Source of the DNA: Planctomycetota bacterium
Lineage (GTDB): Bacteria; Planctomycetota; Phycisphaerae; Phycisphaerales; SM1A02
Assembly (NCBI GenBank): GCA_017859745.1
Contig: JAFMML010000008.1
Location: forward strand, 7,027 to 71,026
Length of the DNA: 64,000 nt
Direction: 5' to 3'
The notes below the pieces were generated by a model. It had not been told where the DNA came from and made no database searches. It saw only the letters and a program-made list of their open reading frames with translations. The translations under genes and the position numbers were made by a program. Shown here one piece after another: positions 56,743 to 64,000 of the stretch (positions are counted from its first letter, which is position 1; each line of letters starts with the position of its first letter).

Positions 56743-59214
56743 ATGCCGCGGCGCATGGTAAGGGAGCGATTGCCCGCGGCGCTTGCGATTTCGGCGACGT
56801 TGCTCGTCGGGTCGGCGGCCTCCGCCATCGCCCGGAACGAAGGGATCTTTCCACCGGACCTGCCGGCGCTCGATCGGCCTGCCGAACTCGATGCGATCGC
56901 GACGGTGCCATCGTCGGTCCGGGCGATCCGACAGGACGATGGCCGCTGGCGGGTCCGCGTTCGCTTCGACCCCGACGAGCATCTTGCCGCCCGGCAGGTC
57001 TCGCTCGCGGGCTCCTTCAACGACTGGAACCCCAACGCGCTGGCGATGGACTTCGACGGCGAGCGCTGGATCGCCGAGACGATCCTGCCACCGGGCGAGC
57101 ACCTCTACAAGTTCGTCCTGCGCGACGGCGGCGACCTGCGGTGGTTCGACGACCCGGAGAACGGCCTTCGAGAGCCCGACGGCCACGACGGCTTCAACTC
57201 CCGCCTGCTGCTCGGCGGGGCCGCGCATCTCGACGCCGGCGGCGCCGCGATCGGCGACGGTCGGATCGAGGCCCTCGCCGTCGAACACGACCCCTCCCGG
57301 CCGATCGCCCGCCAAGGCCGCGACGCGGGCCGCGTGGCGGTTCGCCTCAGAACCCTCCGCGACGACGTCGAGTCGGTCGCCTGCGCCACCGATCGCGCCG
57401 GCGTGCACCCGATGCTTCAGGTCGGCGTGGAGGGTGCATTCGCCTGGTGGGAGACGGTGCTGCCCGAGACGGCTCGCGGCGGCACCTACACGTTCATCCT
57501 GAAGGACGGCCCGATGACCGCACGCACGCCCGAGGTCTACTCGCTCGACATGGACTCCGCGACCGTGGTGCGGACGCCCGACTGGGCGAAGGACGCGATC
57601 TGGTACCAGATCATGGTCGACCGGTTCCGCAACGGGACGCCCGACAACGATCCCGATCCGGTGCGGCCGTGGACCGGCGAGTGGTACGCCTCGAGCCCGT
57701 GGGAAGGCCGCGACGGACAGAGCTTCTACGAGTACTACGTCTTCGGTCGCCTCTACGGAGGCGACTTCCAGGGCGTCCTCGAGAAGCTCGACTACCTGAA
57801 GGACCTCGGCGTCACGGCGCTCTATCTCAACCCGGTCTTCCAGGCGCCGAGCCCCCACAAGTACAACGCCACCAACTTCGTCCACATCGACGAGCACTAC
57901 GGCGTGCGCGGCGACTACGCCAACGCCGCCGCCACCGAGAACCTGCTCGACGCCTCGACGTGGACCTGGACCGAGAGCGACCGGATCTTCCTGGACTTCC
58001 TGAAGGAGGCGAAGGCCCGCGGTTTCAAGGTGATCCTCGACGGGGTCTTCAACCACGTGGGCTCGACGCACCCGGCCTTCCTCGACGTGCGGCGCCGCGG
58101 CGAGGGCTCGCCGTTCCGCGACTGGTTCGCGATCCGCAGCTGGGATCCCTTCGAGTACGACGGCTGGGCGGGCTTCGGCGAACTGCCGATCTTCGCCAAG
58201 AGCGAGACCGGACTCGCCAGCGAGTCCGCGACGCGGCACATCTACGAGGTCACGCGGCGCTGGATGGACCCCGACGGCGACGGCGACCCCTCCGACGGCA
58301 TCGACGGCTGGAGGCTCGACGTGCCCAACGAGGTGCCGCTGCCCTTCTGGATCGAGTGGCGGAAGTTCGTGAAGGCGCTCAACCCCGACGCCTACATCAC
58401 CGGCGAGATCTGGAAGCGGGCCGACGAATGGCTCGACGGCCGAAGCTTCGACGCGGTCATGAACTACCCGTTCGCCGAGGCCGTCATCGAATGGGTCGGT
58501 CATCGCAACGACAAGATCGTCCCCAGCGAACTCGACCGGCGCCTCGCGACGCTGCGCCTCGCCTATCCGCCCGAGGTGACCTACTGCCTCATGAACCTGC
58601 TCGACAGCCACGACACCGACCGCATCGCGTCGATGCTCGCGAACCCCGATCGACCCTACGACCGCGGCAACCGCGAGCAGGACGGCGAGAAGTACGACGC
58701 CGGCAAGCCGTCGGAGGAGGTCTACCGCAAGGTGCGCCTGCTCGCCCTGATCCAGATGACCTACGTCGGGGCGCCGATGATCTGGTACGGCGACGAGGTC
58801 GGGATGTGGGGCTCCGACGATCCCAACAATCGCAAGCCGATGCTCTGGAAGGATCTCGAGCCGTACGAGGATCCCCACGAGAACCACGTCCTCGACGAGC
58901 AGCTCGAGTTCTACCGGCGGGCGACGGCGCTGCGAAACCGCTTCGCGGCGCTGCGGCGGGGATCGTTCCGCACCCTGCTCGCCGACGACGAGCAGGACGT
59001 CTGGGTGTTCCTTCGCGAACTCGGTTCGGAGAAGGTGCTGGTCGCGCTCAACGCCTCGGACCGGCAGGCGGTCGTCGAGGTGCCCGAACTCGCCGAGCAT
59101 CCCGACGGATGGGACCTGGTCTTCGGGCATCGCCATCCCACCGACGAGCCGGACCGCTTTCCGAAGCTGCTGATTCCGCCGGTGTCGGGGCGGGCATGGG
59201 CCACCGGTCCCTGA
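56743..59214 (+). CDS. GH13 alpha-amylase-family enzyme with an N-terminal CBM48/E-set-like module (neopullulanase/cyclomaltodextrinase-like)
   Basis: Signal peptide, then SLAGSFNDWNP...YKFVL (AMPK-type glycogen-binding module). GH13 regions DGVFNHVG, GWRLDVPNEV, ITGEIW and LLDSHDTDR. Confidence 0.85.
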   Translation: MPRRMVRERLPAALAISATLLVGSAASAIARNEGIFPPDLPALDRPAELDAIATVPSSVRAIRQDDGRWRVRVRFDPDEHLAARQVSLAGSFNDWNPNALAMDFDGERWIAETILPPGEHLYKFVLRDGGDLRWFDDPENGLREPDGHDGFNSRLLLGGAAHLDAGGAAIGDGRIEALAVEHDPSRPIARQGRDAGRVAVRLRTLRDDVESVACATDRAGVHPMLQVGVEGAFAWWETVLPETARGGTYTFILKDGPMTARTPEVYSLDMDSATVVRTPDWAKDAIWYQIMVDRFRNGTPDNDPDPVRPWTGEWYASSPWEGRDGQSFYEYYVFGRLYGGDFQGVLEKLDYLKDLGVTALYLNPVFQAPSPHKYNATNFVHIDEHYGVRGDYANAAATENLLDASTWTWTESDRIFLDFLKEAKARGFKVILDGVFNHVGSTHPAFLDVRRRGEGSPFRDWFAIRSWDPFEYDGWAGFGELPIFAKSETGLASESATRHIYEVTRRWMDPDGDGDPSDGIDGWRLDVPNEVPLPFWIEWRKFVKALNPDAYITGEIWKRADEWLDGRSFDAVMNYPFAEAVIEWVGHRNDKIVPSELDRRLATLRLAYPPEVTYCLMNLLDSHDTDRIASMLANPDRPYDRGNREQDGEKYDAGKPSEEVYRKVRLLALIQMTYVGAPMIWYGDEVGMWGSDDPNNRKPMLWKDLEPYEDPHENHVLDEQLEFYRRATALRNRFAALRRGSFRTLLADDEQDVWVFLRELGSEKVLVALNASDRQAVVEVPELAEHPDGWDLVFGHRHPTDEPDRFPKLLIPPVSGRAWATGP

Positions 59215-59226
59215 GCGCTCGCGCCA

Positions 59227-60699
59227 TCACGGCACCACGCCGTCGAGCGCAGCGTGAAGAGTGGATCGAAGCCGCGGCGAGAACAGCATGCTGTTGTGCC
59301 AGAGGAGCGTGAAGGTGCCGCCGTAGTGCAGGCACCGGCGACGCAGTTCGCAGAGCGCGGTCGCCATCCGACGTCCCGGCTCGAACGCCAGATGCTCGGG
59401 CGAAAGGTACGACCACTCCATCGCCACCAGGGGTCGCTGTCGCAGCCGAAGCGGCCGCCGGCCGACGCAGTCGTACATCGTGAACTCGTGCGAGGTGCCG
59501 CATCGGAAGCCGGGGCGATCGGCGAAACCCAGCGTGGTGTCGACATCGACGCCTGCGGCATCGAGACCCGCCGCGGTGCGATGGGGGCACCAACGCAGGA
59601 AGTGCTGCCGGCTCGACAGTCGCCCCTGCTCGATGCCGAGTTCAGCGAGACGTCGCCGGAACGTCGCCACCCCGTCGGCAATGACGTCTGGATGCTCCGC
59701 CGAGGCGTACCCGGGATGGACGCCGATCTCGTGGCCACGACGATGGATCTCGCTCAGCAGCGTCGCCACGGCCGGATCGCCGGGTCGGTTGTCTCCGTCG
59801 CGGTCGGGATCGGTGGTGGTGGGAATGAAGTTGAAGACGCCGCGAAGATCGCGTCGCTCCGCGTCGTGCATCAGACGCTCGAGGCCCCGCCGGGAGGGAC
59901 ACGCCCGCGAACCGCCTGCGCACCTTCGAGCCAGATCTCTCGAGGCCTCGACCGCGGCACCCCAGTCTCCCGATCTCGCCAGCGATCCGAGGCGTCGAAT
60001 CATCGCCGCGGGACGCATCGCAGCGGCGTCGTACAACCAGTCCACGTCGCACGACAGCTCCACCCGGCCGGTGGAGGTGGGGCGTCGCAGATCCGGCCAC
60101 ACCCGCCGCATCGCGTTCCACAGCACCTCGATCAACTCGTCCGCCAACGGTCGATCGAGCATGCCGAGGCGTGCCGCATACGAGGCCTTTCCGGGGAATC
60201 GACCATGCTGGTCCCGGTCCGGGCGGCAGAACTCCTCGTATCTGGACAGGTGGAAGAAGATCGTCCCGAGCAGATCCGCCCGCACCGCGACGTCGCCGCA
60301 CTCGTCGATCGAGATCCCGGGCCGCCCGAAGGGAATCGGAACCGTCCGATGCAGAAGGCCCTCGCCGAGCCCCTCCGCCGCGACGTCCCATTCTCCCGAC
60401 TGGACCTCGGTCGCGGTCTCGGCCGATCCCCACGCACGATCGGCGTTCTCGAAGAACTCCGCCGACAGCGTCAACTTCCGATCGCCACGCCGAATGCAGA
60501 TGCCTCGACCGGAGGTTCCGACGACGGTCTCGATCTCGAGACCGAACCGTTCGCGGAAGACCACATCGGCAACCCATCCCACCTCGGCGGCGCAGTGCGT
60601 CGGATGTTCGATCGCGATTCGATCCACCGGAGATCTCTCGAGGGGATTCGACCCGGGGGAGGACTCGCCGAAGCGTCGTTCGTCTCGCGGGACCGACAT
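59227..60699 (-). CDS. polysaccharide deacetylase-like (CE4 superfamily) protein with an unassigned N-terminal domain
   Basis: The C-terminal half carries FNFIPTT...RGHEIGVHPGY...RQHFLRW...GFADRPGFRCGTSHEF, as in capsule-locus CE4-like proteins. The start was set at ATG 60699. Confidence 0.5.
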   Translation of the reverse strand: MSVPRDERRFGESSPGSNPLERSPVDRIAIEHPTHCAAEVGWVADVVFRERFGLEIETVVGTSGRGICIRRGDRKLTLSAEFFENADRAWGSAETATEVQSGEWDVAAEGLGEGLLHRTVPIPFGRPGISIDECGDVAVRADLLGTIFFHLSRYEEFCRPDRDQHGRFPGKASYAARLGMLDRPLADELIEVLWNAMRRVWPDLRRPTSTGRVELSCDVDWLYDAAAMRPAAMIRRLGSLARSGDWGAAVEASRDLARRCAGGSRACPSRRGLERLMHDAERRDLRGVFNFIPTTTDPDRDGDNRPGDPAVATLLSEIHRRGHEIGVHPGYASAEHPDVIADGVATFRRRLAELGIEQGRLSSRQHFLRWCPHRTAAGLDAAGVDVDTTLGFADRPGFRCGTSHEFTMYDCVGRRPLRLRQRPLVAMEWSYLSPEHLAFEPGRRMATALCELRRRCLHYGGTFTLLWHNSMLFSPRLRSTLHAALDGVVP

Positions 60700-60776
60700 G
60701 TCGCGGAGTCTACGGCCCGAAGCCCGATCGACTGGTGGTCGAATCGGCGCCATGTGCGCCCCGATACACTGCCGAC

Positions 60777-61376
60777 ATGACGCGGTCGCAGACCCCCGAA
60801 CACCTCGCATTCGGTCTCAAAGGGGACCGGAAGTACGTCCAGGGGACGGAGATCTATTCCGCATGCCGCGACCTTCTGGCCCGGCCTCGCGACTTCGTCG
60901 TGTCCCACCTGATCTTCCACGAGATGCTGCGAGGCGACGCTCGGGTCGTGCGGTTCGACGACGGCGAGGTTCCCGAACTGCTCGCGGAGTGCCGTCTCTC
61001 CCGCGGCGATCTGGCGGAGACCCTCGGCCTGGTGGCCGATGGACCACCCTCGATCGATCGATCGACCTTCGAGGAGGAGCGCATCGTGGCCGCCTGCGCG
61101 ATCGACACCGACTCCGTCCGTCTCGAGGCGGACACCGGGTTCGACTCGATCGAGGAGGTCGTCGCGATGATCAAGGCCTGGCACCTCGAGCACCTGCCCG
61201 ACGCCGGCAAGTGGCTGTTCGTCCGGCTCGACGCCCGCGCCGGCGGCGATCTCCCGGCCCGTCGGAAGGGGCCCATCGAAGCTCGTCTCGCAGGCCGACT
61301 CGGCACGCGCATGACCCGCTTCCTCGTGTCCGTGGACGGACGCGAGAGCATGATCACCTTCGGAAGTCGACGGTGA
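60777..61376 (+). CDS. hypothetical protein (199 aa), translationally coupled to the KAS III gene
   Basis: Non-biased composition and no recognisable motif. Its stop overlaps the GTG start of the next gene (GTGA). Confidence 0.45.
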   Translation: MTRSQTPEHLAFGLKGDRKYVQGTEIYSACRDLLARPRDFVVSHLIFHEMLRGDARVVRFDDGEVPELLAECRLSRGDLAETLGLVADGPPSIDRSTFEEERIVAACAIDTDSVRLEADTGFDSIEEVVAMIKAWHLEHLPDAGKWLFVRLDARAGGDLPARRKGPIEARLAGRLGTRMTRFLVSVDGRESMITFGSRR

Positions 61377-62311
61377 GCGTGGGCCTTCTGGACATCGCGT
61401 CGTTCGTGCCCCCGGACGGTCGGGATGTCCCGGCGCTCGCCGACGCCCTTGAGGTCGATCGGGACTTCCTCGAGTCGAAGCTCGGAACCCGACGGCTTCC
61501 GGTGATGGATCCGGGAATGGACACCCACGACCTCGCGACGGCGGCGCTGCTTCCCCTTCTGGAGAGGCATCCCGAACTTCGTGATCGAGTCGGGCTTCTG
61601 ATGGTGGTCACGCAGAATCCCAGCGGTCGAGGTCTGCCGCATACCGCCGCCATGGTGCACCACCTCGCGGAACTTCCACCGGAGGTCGCGGCCTTCGACC
61701 TGAGCCTCGGCTGCTCGGGCTACGTGCACGCGCTGGCCGTCGCACAGCGATTTCTGCAAGGACAGCCGCCCGATCGACGGCATGGTCTCGTGGTCACCGC
61801 CGATCCCTATTCCAAGGTGGTGGATCCGGGGGATCGCAACACCGCCCTGCTGTTCGGGGACGCCGCGGCGGCGACGCTGCTCGGTCCCGACGCGCCGTGG
61901 TCGATCGGACACGCCTCCTTCCTGACCCGAGGCGCTGCGAGCGACGCCATCGCCGTCGCCGACGGTCGTCTCGCGATGAAGGGCCGATCGGTCTTCGACT
62001 TCGCGATGAAGGAGGTGCCGAGGCAGGTCTCGGAGGTTCTCGACGCCGAGGGCGAGAGTCCCGATTCGATCGACGTCTTCTTGCTGCACCAGGGCAGCCG
62101 CTATCTCGTCGAGAGTCTCGGTCGGCGATTGGGAGCACCTCCCGAACGCGTGCCGGTCGAGATCGGCGTCGCCGGCAACACCGTCTCCTCGAGCCTGCCG
62201 CTCATGATGGAGTCCAGGTTGCACGACCAGTCGCTGCGAACGATCCTTCTCGCAGGGTTCGGCGTCGGTCTCTCCTCCGGAACCCTGCTGCTGCGTCGCC
62301 GGGAAGCGTGA
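61373..62311 (+). CDS. 3-oxoacyl-ACP synthase III (FabH-like) family protein
   Basis: Cys-His-Asn triad contexts LSLGCSGYVHAL, FLLHQGSRYL and GVAGNTVSSSLP. Thiolase fold length (312 aa). Confidence 0.75.
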   Translation: MSVGLLDIASFVPPDGRDVPALADALEVDRDFLESKLGTRRLPVMDPGMDTHDLATAALLPLLERHPELRDRVGLLMVVTQNPSGRGLPHTAAMVHHLAELPPEVAAFDLSLGCSGYVHALAVAQRFLQGQPPDRRHGLVVTADPYSKVVDPGDRNTALLFGDAAAATLLGPDAPWSIGHASFLTRGAASDAIAVADGRLAMKGRSVFDFAMKEVPRQVSEVLDAEGESPDSIDVFLLHQGSRYLVESLGRRLGAPPERVPVEIGVAGNTVSSSLPLMMESRLHDQSLRTILLAGFGVGLSSGTLLLRRREA

Positions 62312-62355
62312 CGCCGACACACCCCCGACCTTCGATCGCCCAGGATCCGTCCGCC

Positions 62356-62610
62356 ATGTCCACCTCCATCGGTCCCGACGACGTCCGCGCCATCATCCAG
62401 AACGCCCGCACCAAGGTGAACGTCGAACGTCTCGCGAACGCCGACAACCTCCGGGATGCGGGAGCGGACTCGCTCGACATGATGACGATCGTGCTCGACG
62501 TCTCGGAGAAGGCGGGCATCGAGGTGCCGGACGAGGATGTCGAGGAGCTCTCGAGCATCGACGAGATCGTCGCGTACATCTCGCGGCGGACCGCGGACGA
62601 GGCGACGTGA
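62356..62610 (+). CDS. acyl carrier protein
   Basis: 84 aa with the phosphopantetheine-site context LRDAGADSLDMMTIVLDV and an acidic helix II. Confidence 0.7.
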   Translation: MSTSIGPDDVRAIIQNARTKVNVERLANADNLRDAGADSLDMMTIVLDVSEKAGIEVPDEDVEELSSIDEIVAYISRRTADEAT

Positions 62611-63677
62611 AGCCGAAGTTCAGCTCCCGGCGCTACGAGCCGGGAGACGAGACCGCCATCAACGACCTCTACCGGCACGTCACCGGCCGGTGTCGATCCG
62701 AGGCGGCGTGGCGCTGGCAGTGGATGGAGAATCCCGCCGGCTCCAGCGAGATGTGGGTCATCGAGATCGAAGAGCACGGAGCGAGCCGGATCGTGGGCCA
62801 TCACGGCGTGATGCCGTTCCGCGCGACGATTCGGGGACGCTCTCTGCTCATCGGGAAGACCGAGAACACCATGGTGCTTCCGGAGGTCCGGCACCGAATC
62901 CTCTACCCGAGGTTCGAGAAGCGATTTCTCGCGATGTACCGCGACCGGTTCGACGCGCTCTTCTCCACCCGAGGACCGGCCGCGGCGATCCGACTTCGGC
63001 GCGCGATGGGATATCGACCGACCGAGCCGATCCTGACCGCCGCCTTCGGACGCATCATCCGGTCGAGCGCCGCCATGCTTCGACGACGCATCGGCGGAGG
63101 AACCTCTCGCGTTCCCGCGCCCTCATCGGGTCCCTGCGGACCGGGGCTGATCGTCGATCTCGACGACTCGAGATTCACCGACGCCTGGAGTCGTCGACGA
63201 GCCGCCCCCACCGACGCGCTCGAACTCTCGAAGGACCTCGAAGGCATCGACTGGCGATATCGACGACATCCCAGCGGGATCCATCGCGGCGCCCTGCTCG
63301 ACGACGCCATGGTCGTCTTCCATCGACCGGATCATGCGTCGATCCGGATCGACGAACTCGAGATGCTGGACGGCAGGGCCTCCGACTCCGTCGCGGCTCG
63401 GGTCTGGCGACAACTCTGGTCGATGGCGACCTCGATGGGCGCATCCCTGCTGATGCGGTCCGGCCCGGCATGGGCGCTGCCAGACGCGGCCACCATCCGG
63501 TCGAGCGGTCTGAGACGCATCCGCCTCATGCCGAGCCGACCCACCGAGGAGGATGCGATGCCGGTGCTGCTCGTGCCTCGGGACGATCGGCGGCTCTCCG
63601 AGTCCGACCGCTGGCGAATCGACGCATTCGCGTTCGAAGGTCCAGCGCCCGTCGCCGGCGAGGTGTCGTCGCGATGA
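62607..63677 (+). CDS. GNAT/FemAB-like acyltransferase (tentative)
   Basis: N-terminus YEPGDETAINDLYRHV...AAWRWQWMENP...VIEIEEHGASRIVGHHGVMPF resembles EPS-locus GNAT proteins. The GTG overlaps the ACP stop. Confidence 0.45.
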   Translation: MKPKFSSRRYEPGDETAINDLYRHVTGRCRSEAAWRWQWMENPAGSSEMWVIEIEEHGASRIVGHHGVMPFRATIRGRSLLIGKTENTMVLPEVRHRILYPRFEKRFLAMYRDRFDALFSTRGPAAAIRLRRAMGYRPTEPILTAAFGRIIRSSAAMLRRRIGGGTSRVPAPSSGPCGPGLIVDLDDSRFTDAWSRRRAAPTDALELSKDLEGIDWRYRRHPSGIHRGALLDDAMVVFHRPDHASIRIDELEMLDGRASDSVAARVWRQLWSMATSMGASLLMRSGPAWALPDAATIRSSGLRRIRLMPSRPTEEDAMPVLLVPRDDRRLSESDRWRIDAFAFEGPAPVAGEVSSR

Positions 63678-64000
63678 TCCGAGCCCTGTTCGGCCGTCTC
63701 GACCGCCGATCGCGCTTCGGTGCGGACGTCGCGATGCTGACCGCCGGCGGGCTGTCGGCGCAGGTGGTCGTGATCGCCGCCAGTCCCGTGCTCTCACGCC
63801 TCTACGAACCCGAGGAGATCGCGATCCTCGGACTGCTGGCGACCATCGTCTCGATGGGTTCGCCCATCCTCTGCGGCCGTTACGACGTCGCGCTGCTGAT
63901 GCCACGCTCCCGGGACGCCGCCGAACGGCTCCTGGGCATCGCACTTCGATTCACCGTGGCCATCGCGGCGATTGCGTTCCTGACGTCGCTGATCGCGGGT
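63674..64000 (+). CDS. oligosaccharide flippase (Wzx/PST family), 3' end cut by window
   Basis: Not in the ORF track because no stop falls within the window. Hand translation gives MIRALFGRLDRRSRFGADVAMLTAGGLSAQVVVIAASPVLSRLYEPEEIAILGLLATIVSMG... The ATG overlaps the upstream stop (ATGA). Confidence 0.55.
   Translation, partial: MIRALFGRLDRRSRFGADVAMLTAGGLSAQVVVIAASPVLSRLYEPEEIAILGLLATIVSMGSPILCGRYDVALLMPRSRDAAERLLGIALRFTVAIAAIAFLTSLIAG

Noticed and set aside
53428-59312. Giant ORFs of 1902 aa (minus, 53428-59136) and 1664 aa (plus, 54318-59312), and similar ones at 19890-23018, 20162-22570, 23391-26045 (upper part), 26062-28716 and 39505-42561
   Set aside because: They are extremely Arg/Pro/Gly/Ala-rich, lack any recognisable motif, and lie antisense or out of frame to well-supported genes (ABC transporter, GH13, GH56-like, cysS). 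In ~70% GC DNA stop codons are rare, so such ORFs arise by chance.

Overview
64-kb window from a high-GC genome (about 70% in hand-counted lines). Gene content points to Planctomycetota, possibly Phycisphaerae-like: a prepilin-type N-terminal protein, dockerin-type repeats, a PEP-CTERM-like tail and a PEP-CTERM-locus-type deacetylase. This taxonomic call is inference only.

Layout:
(1) 1-4.9 kb, housekeeping: gcvP 3' part, mgtE, trmH-like, and a divergent AroB-family cyclase.
(2) 4.9-10.7 kb, minus-strand nucleotide-sugar operon: galE, gmhB, hddC-like, SDR, hddA-like, GT4.
(3) 10.9-15.4 kb: a B12-binding-domain protein, stand-alone astB, a chagasin-type inhibitor lipoprotein, and an orphan lower-GC parB with two identical parS palindromes.
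(4) 16-40.8 kb, a large Wzx/Wzy-type exopolysaccharide locus. It holds three WcaF-like acetyltransferases, a sulfotransferase, a pyruvyltransferase, a formyltransferase plus CE4 deacetylase, gmd/fcl and six GTs.
(5) 40.9-50.7 kb, housekeeping: cysS, coaE, rho, a pilin-like gene, tRNA-Thr, tuf, rpmG, tRNA-Trp, secE and nusG. The expected rplKAJL genes are replaced by a repeat-tailed lipoprotein and ubiX.
(6) 50.9-59.2 kb: a methyltransferase, a PEP-CTERM-like mini-protein, a CUT1-type ABC sugar transporter with a fused binding-protein/permease, and a GH13 enzyme.
(7) 59.2-64 kb, a second glycan-modification cassette: CE4-like, unknown, KAS III, ACP, GNAT-like, and a second flippase cut by the window edge.

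Most unusual observation: two paralogous secreted proteins flank the Wzy polymerase and a beta-helix/dockerin protein. Their C-terminal domains match, motif by motif, the animal/venom GH56 hyaluronidase fold. They sit in a locus that also encodes a sulfotransferase.

Caveat: because of the GC content the ORF track is full of long Arg/Pro/Gly-rich antisense or out-of-frame ORFs. Many listed ORFs also run through several real genes. Starts were therefore re-picked by hand and are uncertain by tens of nucleotides in several cases.
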